Below are positions 31,516 to 40,420 of a DNA stretch of 64,000 nt, piece after piece. The notes beneath the pieces are model-generated. The model was not told where the DNA came from. It saw nothing but the letters and a program-made list of their open reading frames with translations, and made no database searches. Each line of letters begins with the position of its first letter. Within the stretch, counting starts at the first letter, position 1. The position numbers were made by a program, and so were the translations under genes. Location of the stretch: positions 103,093-167,092 of the forward strand of contig CAJTWC010000003.1 of the NCBI GenBank assembly GCA_910580185.1. The letters run 5' to 3'. Source of the stretch: an uncultured Bacilli bacterium (GTDB lineage Bacteria > Bacillota_I > Bacilli_A > RF39 > UBA660).

Positions 31516-31940
31516 TATTTTCTTTCCTTTCTTTTATCTAAATAACTTTGTAATATTATCGTAGCTGCTATGGTGTCGACTTTCTTTTTTCTTTTTTTTC
31601 TAGATATATCAGCACTAATAAGTATGTTATTAGCACTAACAGAAGAAAGCCTTTCATCTTGCTCTACTACTTTTATATCAAAATTATTATTTAGTACTTT
31701 TATAAATTCTCTGGTTCTAGTAACAGCATCACCTAAAGTATTATTCATGTTTTTAGGAAGTCCTATGACTATCAAACCAGCATTATAATAATTGATAATT
31801 TCTTTTAAATCATCAATTATCATACTAGGTTTATTTTCTTCAAACCTAAGTGTAGTAAGTCCAGTTGATATGGTCTCGGTATTATCACTTACCGCAACAC
31901 CAAGTGTCTTAGTACCTAAATCTAAACCTATTATCCTCAT
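31515..31940 (-). CDS. ruvX: putative pre-16S rRNA nuclease / Holliday-junction resolvase-like protein RuvX (YqgF)
   Basis: N-terminus MRIIGLDLGTKTLGVAVSD is the YqgF/RuvX RNase H-fold signature. Confidence 0.8.
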   Translation of the reverse strand: MRIIGLDLGTKTLGVAVSDNTETISTGLTTLRFEENKPSMIIDDLKEIINYYNAGLIVIGLPKNMNNTLGDAVTRTREFIKVLNNNFDIKVVEQDERLSSVSANNILISADISRKKRKKKVDTIAATIILQSYLDKRKERK

Positions 31941-32224
31941 TAATTTAAGTATTCCTTAATTAATAATTCTAAAATCTTACTACGATCTATTTTTAGTATT
32001 TTATTTCTAGCTTCTTTATGATTTGAAATATATCCAGGATCCCCACTCATTAGGTATCCTACTAATTGGTTAACCGGATTATATCCTCTTTCTTCTAAAG
32101 CCTCACATACTTCTTTTATTGTTTCTTTTACTAATGCTTCGTTAATATTTTCAATATTAAACAAATACGTTGTAGATGACATAACACCACTCCTATCATT
32201 ACTAAGATACTTATATTTTATCAT
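31940..32224 (-). CDS. IreB/DUF965 family regulatory protein (YrzL-like)
   Basis: 94 aa; conserved NPVNQLVGYLMSGDPGYI segment; synteny. Confidence 0.6.
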   Translation of the reverse strand: MIKYKYLSNDRSGVMSSTTYLFNIENINEALVKETIKEVCEALEERGYNPVNQLVGYLMSGDPGYISNHKEARNKILKIDRSKILELLIKEYLN

Positions 32225-32506
32225 TAATTAAAAGAAATAGCAAGAAGGCTATTTCCAAAATGGTTTTGATTTAAGCATATTATCTTCCTTACCGGGATTA
32301 TCAAAGTCTTTATAGTATTGTCTTAAAAAACAATACTTATCAAAATCACTATTAAATATTAAATCTACAAGAATAAAAGCTAAATTATCATCTTCTAATT
32401 TATCTTTATTAATTACTTTTCTATATAAATGGTCTACTAATTCGGCATCATAATTTTCACTTTTACACGCTAATAAAAATTTAGTGAAAAAATTTAAGTT
32501 ATTTTG

Positions 32507-33238
32507 TCAAATTACTTCATTTAAAGTACCATTAGGACTTCTAAATTCTATTGTATTTTCCACACCACTTCTAAACTTATTACTATGTTTAATAATCATA
32601 TCTAATGTACATTGGTTTATATTTACACAATACTTTTTATTTAAAACAAGCGTTTTTTTTGCAGAATTTGATATATTATATTTAGTAATTAAATTATCAA
32701 AACAAGTTCTTACAGATTTAGAACTATCCTGGAAGTTAAAACGCCTATTATAAGTTTCACCATTAGTAAATTTAAAAATCACATCTTCAAAAATATTCCA
32801 TATTTTGAAAAAATTTAGCCAAGATTCTTCATCTTTGCCAAGCAAGTGCATTCCTATGTGAACATGAGCGCCACATTTTCCAGAATAATAAGCACCATTT
32901 TCTTTTATGTTATTTAATATATTATGTAAATCTTTCCAAGTTTTGCTTTCATCTATTAATATTGGACTTACTATTTCAATATGATCATTTTCCTCAGGAC
33001 AAACATCCCAAATTCCATTATAATTATGTTCTTCCATAAATGTCATAGCAGCAATATCTTGACAGGAAAAATTACTTCTATATTTCCAATTATAATCAGG
33101 CATTTTAAATTCTATTTCCAATCCAAATGTAGCATCAGAAGGTAGTTTTAAAGATTTTCTATAGGGAACATAAAAATCTTTTAATTCCTGAATTACACGT
33201 TCTTTATCAGATAAAGAACTAAGCATAGTTGTACTCAT
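32507..33238 (-). CDS. putative amidoligase-family enzyme (Amidoligase_2-like)
   Basis: FGLEIEF motif, E...E and CGAHVHIG His motif as in glutamine-synthetase-like amidoligases; inserted inside an otherwise conserved gene cluster. Confidence 0.45.
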   Translation of the reverse strand: MSTTMLSSLSDKERVIQELKDFYVPYRKSLKLPSDATFGLEIEFKMPDYNWKYRSNFSCQDIAAMTFMEEHNYNGIWDVCPEENDHIEIVSPILIDESKTWKDLHNILNNIKENGAYYSGKCGAHVHIGMHLLGKDEESWLNFFKIWNIFEDVIFKFTNGETYNRRFNFQDSSKSVRTCFDNLITKYNISNSAKKTLVLNKKYCVNINQCTLDMIIKHSNKFRSGVENTIEFRSPNGTLNEVI

Positions 33239-33424
33239 AAAATCACTTCCCGGTTTTCTACTATATCATAATCTTACATAAAATACTAGAAGGAATTATT
33301 AATATTTAATTGAATAAAAATACCAATTATTGTATAATATAAATGAAGGAAACAGCTTACTAGTTGTTTTCCATTGGTTTTTTTGTTGAAAAACAGAGCT
33401 AGCTTGTCACTAACTCTGTTTTTC

Positions 33425-33514
33425 TTATATACTAAAAATAATAACTAGTACTATTATAAGTATTAAAATGATAATTATTTTTGGACTAAATTTTACTTCA
33501 AATCTAAACCTCAT
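33425..33514 (-). CDS. 29-aa small hydrophobic peptide (MRFRFEVKFSPKIIIILILIIVLVIIFSI)
   Basis: Strong RBS GAAGGTGGTGA 6-7 nt before the ATG; immediately followed by an intrinsic terminator (AACAGAG...CTCTGTT + T run); lies upstream of the amidoligase gene. Confidence 0.4.
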   Translation of the reverse strand: MRFRFEVKFSPKIIIILILIIVLVIIFSI

Positions 33515-33649
33515 AAGTATCACCACCTTCCTATTCTTCATAAAAAGATGGAAAACAAAGCTAGTTTTTACTGCTTCCTAATTAATTGTTAGCTATGAAT
33601 TTTAAAATTCCCCTATAAAAAGAAAAAAAGTTCATTATTTTGAACTTTT

Positions 33650-34771
33650 TTACAATTCTATCCAGTTTCCTGCTTCTTTTAATTCTTTAATAACCTTTTG
33701 ATGTTCTTCATAAGTTTTGGTAAAGTGTGTCTTTCCAGATTTATCAGCAACAAAATAATAGTAATTATTACTTTTAGGATTTACTACTGCCTCTAATGAT
33801 TTTTCTCCAAAATTACACACTGGCCCAACAGGTAACTTACCAGCCATATTTGATGTTCTGGTGTTATATGGGTTAATAGTGTTAAATTCTGCCTTTGTTA
33901 AATCACGTTCTCCTAACTCAACTTTCAAAGCGTAATAGGTTGTAACATCACTGCCCAAGGACATACCGGCTTTTAACCTATTATAAAATACTCCAGCTAT
34001 TTCTTTTCTATCATTATCATATATGCCTTCAGCTTCTACTACCGAAGCTAACGTAACAAGTTCATGAATAGAATAAGAACTCTTATCAATTAATGACTTA
34101 TACTTACTAAATATTTTATCTGATTGTTTAAGCATATCATCTATTATTTCTTTAGCGGTTACATTTTCTTTAAATTGATAAGTATCAGGAAATAAATAAC
34201 CCTCTAACGAATAATATATATCTTTATTTTTTATGTCATCGGTTAAAAACCAATATTTTTCAATTAAACTATCTATGTACTGGGTATCTTCTAAAGCATT
34301 ATAAAACTCGCTTGTTGTAATATTGGTGTTTTTCGAAATCGTCTTAGCAATGTTTCTTATTGTCTTACCTTCTTTAAAAGTAATATAAGCACCTTTTTCT
34401 TTATACGTATTACCTGTTAAGATGGAAATTATGTCTTTAGTATTATAACTTTTATCTAATTTATAAATACCTGCTTTATATCCATTTATATTATTTAATT
34501 TAACATATATTTTATAGGCTAAAGAACTTCTTATAATACCTTCTTTTTTTAGTTTATCACCTACGTTATAAACCGATGAACCAGTATCAATGGTAAATTC
34601 TATAACTTCACTTTTTGTTTTAACAGGAGTTAAAAGATAACTATAAGTTATTATACTAAACAATATTATTAGTACTATCAAAATTAATAACTTAACCCAT
34701 AATTTTAATTTTCTTTTTACTTTTTTATTATCTGGTTTATCATCAAGTGTTAATGTTTCTACTTCTTTCAT
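33650..34771 (-). CDS. mltG: endolytic murein transglycosylase MltG (YceG family)
   Basis: N-terminal TM anchor and YceG domain; adjacent to alaS as in Bacilli. Confidence 0.8.
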   Translation of the reverse strand: MKEVETLTLDDKPDNKKVKRKLKLWVKLLILIVLIILFSIITYSYLLTPVKTKSEVIEFTIDTGSSVYNVGDKLKKEGIIRSSLAYKIYVKLNNINGYKAGIYKLDKSYNTKDIISILTGNTYKEKGAYITFKEGKTIRNIAKTISKNTNITTSEFYNALEDTQYIDSLIEKYWFLTDDIKNKDIYYSLEGYLFPDTYQFKENVTAKEIIDDMLKQSDKIFSKYKSLIDKSSYSIHELVTLASVVEAEGIYDNDRKEIAGVFYNRLKAGMSLGSDVTTYYALKVELGERDLTKAEFNTINPYNTRTSNMAGKLPVGPVCNFGEKSLEAVVNPKSNNYYYFVADKSGKTHFTKTYEEHQKVIKELKEAGNWIEL

Positions 34772-34785
34772 AATAACCTACCTTT

Positions 34786-37470
34786 TTATCCTTTTAATAT
34801 TTTAGATTCCACGTATGCTAAAATCATATCTAACTTTTGTACGTTAGTTCCACCGCCTTGTGCAAATAAAGGTGATCCGCCACCATTTCCCTCGGCTATT
34901 TTAGCAACTTCTTTAATAAGAATACCCAAATTCATTTTATCCTTTAAGTTAGCATTTTCCTTCGCAACAAAGTTAAGTGCACCATCTTTTTTATTAATTA
35001 AAAATACAATACCATCATTTAATTTTGACTCTAGTGCTCCAGCAAGTGATTTTAAAATATTAATATCATTATTTTCAAATACTTTTATGATTACATCCCC
35101 ATACATTCCGTCTTTTTTCTCACTAATATATTTATCGGTGTTTTCTAATACTTTATTAGTTAATTTTTCTTGATATTCTTTTTCTAAATCAGCTATTTTC
35201 TTTCTTAATGTTTCTACTTCTAATTTGTTTTCTAATATGTCTTTATAACACGTTGGTTTTTCATTTGAAATATTAACATCAAAATTAAGTATAATTCCTT
35301 TATCATTAGCTTCTTCTACTTTTCTTTTTGCTTTTTTAAGTAACATAATCATTTCGTCGTTGTATGGTTTAATCATGCTAAATACTTCTCTTTCAAGATT
35401 AGTATCACAAACAGCTTCAATTCTATATACATTAAGTCCTTTAGATTCAAGTGACTTAATTGCAAAGCGCCTTATATTACCTGTATTAGTAACGTGGGTC
35501 CCACCACAAAGTTCGATTGAATCACCAAACTTTACAACACGAACAACATCACCATATTTTTCACCAAACAAAGCCATTGCACCCATTTTCCTAGCTTCTT
35601 CTATGCTCGTTTCTGTAATTATTGCAGGTAAACATGAATCAATCATATCATTTACAATGTTTTCTGCTTCTATGATTTTTTCATCTGTTATTTTTCCAGT
35701 ATAATTAAAATCAAATCTTAAAGTTTCATTATTTACAAAGCTTCCTGCTTGATGAACTTCATCTCCTAATACTTTTTGAAGAGCTTTTTGAAGCAGATGA
35801 GTTGCAGAATGGTTTTGACAAGTGGTAAACCTATATTCCTTATCAACCGTTAAAGTAACTTTATCTCCTACACTTACGCTTCCATTAATAAGTCTTACAT
35901 AGTGCATTGTTTGACCATTAGGAGCTTTTTCAGTTTTAAATACTTCAGCTTTCATATTTTCATTAGCAATTATACCAATATCACCTACTTGACCACCCAT
36001 GGTTGCATAAAATGGTGTTTCTTTGGTAATTACTATTCCTTCTGAATAAAAATCAGAAACATTACCCTCTAGGTCTGCAACATAGATAATTTCAGAATCA
36101 CAAGTTAAACTATCATATCCAGTAAATGTTGTTTCTTCTTTAAAATTAACAATATCGCCCTGAGCGCTCATGCCAGATGCTTTTTTAGCAGCATCTCTTG
36201 CCATTGTTCTTTGATGCTGCATACATTTATCAAAATCTTCTTTGTTTATAATAATACCTTGTTCTTCTAGTATTTCAGATGTTAATTCATAAGGAAAACC
36301 ATATGTATCATATAATTTAAACACATCTTCTCCAGTTATTTTCTTACCACTATTAACTAGTTCTTCTAATCTTTTTTCACCAGAAGATAAGGTCTTTAAG
36401 AAAGCTTCTTCTTCCTTTTTAATTTGTCTATCTACTAATTCTTTATGTTCTAAAAGGTAAGGATAAGCATCTTTCATTATTTCTATAACACTATCGGTTA
36501 ATTTATACATGAATGGCTCACTTATTCCTAAGTTCCTTCCAAATCTAGATGCACGCCTTAGTATTCTTCTTAAAACATATCCTCTTCCTTCATTAGAAAA
36601 TGATGCTCCATCTGATAACGAAAAAGTTAGTGTTCTAATATGATCAGCAATAGATCTAATTTCTTTTTGATCAGTATACTTTACACCTGTCATTTCCTCT
36701 ACTTTTTTTATAATTGGCATAAATAAATCAGTATCATAATTTGTTTTACAATTTTGCAAAGTACAAACTAATCTTTCAAGCCCCATACCAGTATCTATAT
36801 TTTTATGAGGAAGTTCTGGGAAGTCTTTTCTATCTAATCCGTCAACATGATTAAATTGACTAAATACGTTATTCCAAATTTCAATATATCTATCATTATC
36901 AATCTCATCTCTTATTAGTTCAGGACCTCTTTTATCATATTCTTCTCCTCTATCATAAAAGATTTCAGAATCAGGACCACATGGCCCAGGACCTATATCC
37001 CAAAAGTTACCCTCGCATGGAATAATATGAGATTTATCTAATCCTAAAGATATCCATCTATTAAAGGTATCCATATCATCCGGATAAACGGTTACATATA
37101 ATTTTTCTTTATCTATGTCAAACCATTCTGGGCTAGTAAGCAATTCCCATGCATAACCAAGTGCTTCATCTCTAAAATAATCACCTATAGAAAAGTTTCC
37201 TAACATTTCGAAAAACGTATGATGATAAGTATCTCCAACCGATTCTATATCATTAGTACGAATACATTTCTGAGCGTTAGTAAGCCTTCTTTTAGGTGGA
37301 ATTTCTCTTCCATCAAAGTACTTTTTAAGTGGTGCAACACCAGCGTTAATCCATAATAAAGACGGATCATTATCAGGCACTAATGATGCTGATGGAACAA
37401 CTAAATGTCCTTTACTTTCAAAGAAGTCTAAAAACATCTTTCTTATTTGTGTACTTGTTAACTGTTTCAT
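34786..37470 (-). CDS. alaS: alanyl-tRNA synthetase
   Basis: 894 aa; class II core, editing domain with HxxxH...CGGTH zinc motif, C-terminal DHHA1. Confidence 0.95.
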   Translation of the reverse strand: MKQLTSTQIRKMFLDFFESKGHLVVPSASLVPDNDPSLLWINAGVAPLKKYFDGREIPPKRRLTNAQKCIRTNDIESVGDTYHHTFFEMLGNFSIGDYFRDEALGYAWELLTSPEWFDIDKEKLYVTVYPDDMDTFNRWISLGLDKSHIIPCEGNFWDIGPGPCGPDSEIFYDRGEEYDKRGPELIRDEIDNDRYIEIWNNVFSQFNHVDGLDRKDFPELPHKNIDTGMGLERLVCTLQNCKTNYDTDLFMPIIKKVEEMTGVKYTDQKEIRSIADHIRTLTFSLSDGASFSNEGRGYVLRRILRRASRFGRNLGISEPFMYKLTDSVIEIMKDAYPYLLEHKELVDRQIKKEEEAFLKTLSSGEKRLEELVNSGKKITGEDVFKLYDTYGFPYELTSEILEEQGIIINKEDFDKCMQHQRTMARDAAKKASGMSAQGDIVNFKEETTFTGYDSLTCDSEIIYVADLEGNVSDFYSEGIVITKETPFYATMGGQVGDIGIIANENMKAEVFKTEKAPNGQTMHYVRLINGSVSVGDKVTLTVDKEYRFTTCQNHSATHLLQKALQKVLGDEVHQAGSFVNNETLRFDFNYTGKITDEKIIEAENIVNDMIDSCLPAIITETSIEEARKMGAMALFGEKYGDVVRVVKFGDSIELCGGTHVTNTGNIRRFAIKSLESKGLNVYRIEAVCDTNLEREVFSMIKPYNDEMIMLLKKAKRKVEEANDKGIILNFDVNISNEKPTCYKDILENKLEVETLRKKIADLEKEYQEKLTNKVLENTDKYISEKKDGMYGDVIIKVFENNDINILKSLAGALESKLNDGIVFLINKKDGALNFVAKENANLKDKMNLGILIKEVAKIAEGNGGGSPLFAQGGGTNVQKLDMILAYVESKILKG

Positions 37471-38058
37471 TTATAACACCTCATTTACTAAGTTTTCTAT
37501 TTTTTTATTTAAATCTTCCAAAGATCCATCATTTACTATTACGTAATCATAATTATTATAACCATCTAGACCTATTTCAGTACGATGTTTTTTTTCTTTA
37601 CTATTTAAGTTATTATCAAAATTAGGTCTTTCTACGTTTATTCTAATTACATTATTAAAGTTTTCATATATAGAATCAATTTCTTCTGGAAGTCTTGCAT
37701 CGCTTATTGTAATTGCATCACAATAATATGAATAAACCTTAATGTCTCCAATTATTCTTTTTATAAAAAACTCATTATCAATTTTATCTCTTATAACTCC
37801 AGTTCCTATTTCTTGAAGTAAGCTTCTAGGTTTAGTATCTTCCTCACCATTCCAACCTGAAATAACTTTAGCATACATTTTTATGTATGATGAAAATTGT
37901 AAATTTACACTTGTTAATTCTTTTAATTTTATAAAGTTATTTATAAGTTCACAAGTAGTATCCTTTCCTGAATTTGCTTTACCAGATACAATAAATATCT
38001 TTGGGTTTCTTTTTTTTAATTCCATAATTATCCTCCTTCTATTAAAAAGAGGTACCAA
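37471..38058 (-). CDS. P-loop dNMP-kinase-like protein (phage T4 gp1 family); start probably MELKKRNPK
   Basis: KIFIVSGKANSGKDTT matches the T4 dNMP kinase start LIFLSGVKRSGKDTT; C-terminal HRTEIGL...VIVNDGSLEDL matches HITEAGL...VITNDGSLEEL. Confidence 0.65.
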   Translation of the reverse strand: MVPLFNRRRIIMELKKRNPKIFIVSGKANSGKDTTCELINNFIKLKELTSVNLQFSSYIKMYAKVISGWNGEEDTKPRSLLQEIGTGVIRDKIDNEFFIKRIIGDIKVYSYYCDAITISDARLPEEIDSIYENFNNVIRINVERPNFDNNLNSKEKKHRTEIGLDGYNNYDYVIVNDGSLEDLNKKIENLVNEVL

Positions 38059-38215
38059 GGCTATCGCTAGGAACGATTATGCCGTGGTACCATCCTATTT
38101 TGTTCTTAATTTTAATAACGGCTTTAAACCGGTAGTGATTAACTACTCTCCGAAAATAGCTTCAGTAACATTAAATATTAGCTTCCACCAACCGCTAACT
38201 CTCTTTAAATTAATA
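38046..38215 (-). promoter_or_regulatory. T-box riboswitch leader of the dNMP-kinase-like-alaS operon
   Basis: Minus strand AAATAGGATGGTACCACGGCATAA (T-box consensus) overlapping the terminator GGTACCACGGC...GCCTTGGTACC plus U run, directly before the GGAGG RBS; AGAGAG element; GCU-A candidate Ala specifier (unverified). Confidence 0.7.
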
Positions 38216-38284
38216 ATTACTTACTAATTTTTCATCAACAAATTAAATATATATATATTATATCAGATTATATATATAAAGTCA

Positions 38285-40303
38285 TTAATAACTTCTAAAA
38301 TATTTTGTATATATAGCAAGTTTATTTGAATTTATATTGCCGTAGCTCAAATAATATACGTGTTTTGTTAAGTTTGGAGAATCCTTATCCCATCTTCCAC
38401 AATCCTCTGCTTTATATCCATCAGCTAAATCTGATTCTCTACAATCTCTAAGTTGCAAATAAGAATTATCTTCATTTATCTTTATCTGTATGCCACCGTC
38501 AGCTCTTCTAGTAAATAATTTTGATGTATAATCTGAAGTATCAAATCCTTCTTTTACTTTTGTGTAAATATAATCACTTACAGTATCATCAGACCATTTT
38601 ATCTTATAAACTAGTCTTCTTTCGAAATCTCCTACATACATACACGCAGAACCAGCATATGTCATCCAATTATTATTCCAAGCGACATTCCATTTCTGGG
38701 CATGAGTATAATTTTCACCAACGTTTAAAATGATTGAATTAATTCCCCTTTTATATCTATTATCATAGTCATATGTACCTGAACAAGCAAATATACCCTT
38801 ACCAGAATTTGTTCCAATAGGGCCAGCGCCACTCATACCGCCATCTTTAACGTCCCTTTCGTCAAGCATTACTGCTATATCAGATATAGAACAATCTTCT
38901 TTAGCGTCACAACTGCCACCTGTATACTTATCTACTTTGGCTCTATAACCACTATTAGCGCAAGAACCACTAAGTTTAGTTTCGGAGCATTCGCTGTATA
39001 ATTTAACTGTTGTTGAACAAGTTCCTGTATTTCCTGCAATGTCGGTCATATTAATTGTCACTGTCCTGTTACCCGCTGCAGTAACATAAAATTTATCAAT
39101 ATCATTTGGTTTTGTTTGACTAAATTCATAAGTAGGTGCTTCATCCCATTTATCAGTTTTCCAGGTCCAAGTATTAACATCATCAGAAATACTATTTGTC
39201 ATAAAGTAAGCTGGCCCTTTAAACCACCCATTTTTCATTTTATTAGTAGTTTTTGGTTCTATACTACAACTAGGAGAGGTATTATCATAGCCATATTTTG
39301 AACCGCATCTTCTTTGATTACCCGCCTTATCTTTAACCACTGCATTATAATATCCAGACCTAGATGTAATATTTTCAGAATACGTGTTAGCACTACTTTT
39401 TCTAACTAACTCCGATTCCTTATACTGATAAATACCATCAACACCGCTATTAACGGTTCCCTCATCGTTTCCTGTATATGTTATTCTAGGTTGATTACCT
39501 TTCTTATACCACTGTATATCTCCAACTTTATTACCGATTGTTCCTCCACTGACATTATAGGAACAACTTGGATATTTAGTATCCTTTCTAATTGTAGGTT
39601 TTGCAATCCACTTTTTCCCTGATATGTTTTCTAACTCCACATCAACACTTTTATTAATATCATTTTCTATAGTAGTGCAATATCCATTAGCTTCTTTAGT
39701 GGAAATAACTATTCCATCTATTTTAGCACTTGCAATTGCACCATTACCTTTTGTATCGGGCTTTATACAAACCTTTAATTTTCCTCTTTCTCCTAATTTG
39801 GTAATATTAAACCAACCATCATTAGATAATTTTGTTGTACCATTTTCTTTATAATAATTAACTTCTCCAGATGGTCCACCAACATCTTTTGTTTCTACTA
39901 AATTTTTATTTTCACATTTACCATCTACTTTAGCAACTTTAGTATTACCATTAAAAGAAGCAATATATTTACTTCCTTCTTTTGTTACACTGACTTCTGA
40001 GCATTCATCTAAAGAAGTCCCATCTCTTGGGTCAATTACCTTGCCTAAATAATCCTCTTGTACTAATTTTCCAACCGTAATTGATCCAGAAGACCTATCT
40101 GATAATCCTTCAAATAAATATTCATTAGCTATAAAGTAATCCGTTGCTGCCGCTTCTACTTGAAGTTTTACCGTTTTCCATGATTCATCTTTTTTGTTTT
40201 TGCTAACCTTATTAAAACTTATTATTGCAAGTACAAGTATAGTTAGCATTAATGTTATTGTTATTAGTAATTCTACTAATGTAAAACCGTTTTTCTTTTT
40301 CAT
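38285..40303 (-). CDS. giant prepilin-type protein (672 aa) with a Cys-rich extracellular region
   Basis: N-terminus NG|FTLVELLITITLML (E+5), a roughly 110-aa conserved pilin-like head shared with the next gene, Ig-like DKAGN segment, many Cys and NxS/T sites. Confidence 0.65.
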   Translation of the reverse strand: MKKKNGFTLVELLITITLMLTILVLAIISFNKVSKNKKDESWKTVKLQVEAAATDYFIANEYLFEGLSDRSSGSITVGKLVQEDYLGKVIDPRDGTSLDECSEVSVTKEGSKYIASFNGNTKVAKVDGKCENKNLVETKDVGGPSGEVNYYKENGTTKLSNDGWFNITKLGERGKLKVCIKPDTKGNGAIASAKIDGIVISTKEANGYCTTIENDINKSVDVELENISGKKWIAKPTIRKDTKYPSCSYNVSGGTIGNKVGDIQWYKKGNQPRITYTGNDEGTVNSGVDGIYQYKESELVRKSSANTYSENITSRSGYYNAVVKDKAGNQRRCGSKYGYDNTSPSCSIEPKTTNKMKNGWFKGPAYFMTNSISDDVNTWTWKTDKWDEAPTYEFSQTKPNDIDKFYVTAAGNRTVTINMTDIAGNTGTCSTTVKLYSECSETKLSGSCANSGYRAKVDKYTGGSCDAKEDCSISDIAVMLDERDVKDGGMSGAGPIGTNSGKGIFACSGTYDYDNRYKRGINSIILNVGENYTHAQKWNVAWNNNWMTYAGSACMYVGDFERRLVYKIKWSDDTVSDYIYTKVKEGFDTSDYTSKLFTRRADGGIQIKINEDNSYLQLRDCRESDLADGYKAEDCGRWDKDSPNLTKHVYYLSYGNINSNKLAIYTKYFRSY

Positions 40304-40420
40304 AACGCACTCCTTTATTCTAAATAAATATTATCATATTAACACGTTTTTTTCAATATTAGTTTGGTTATATATAGCCTAATTATGTAAAAAGAGTAAA
40401 TAAATTACGCCTTTTACATA

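Noticed and set aside
32225-32506. Coding remnant between yrzL-like gene and amidoligase gene
   Set aside because: Frames contain stops and no start with RBS. It may be a decayed gene but cannot be supported from sequence alone.
35360-35704. 114-aa plus-strand ORF
   Set aside because: Inside and antisense to alaS.
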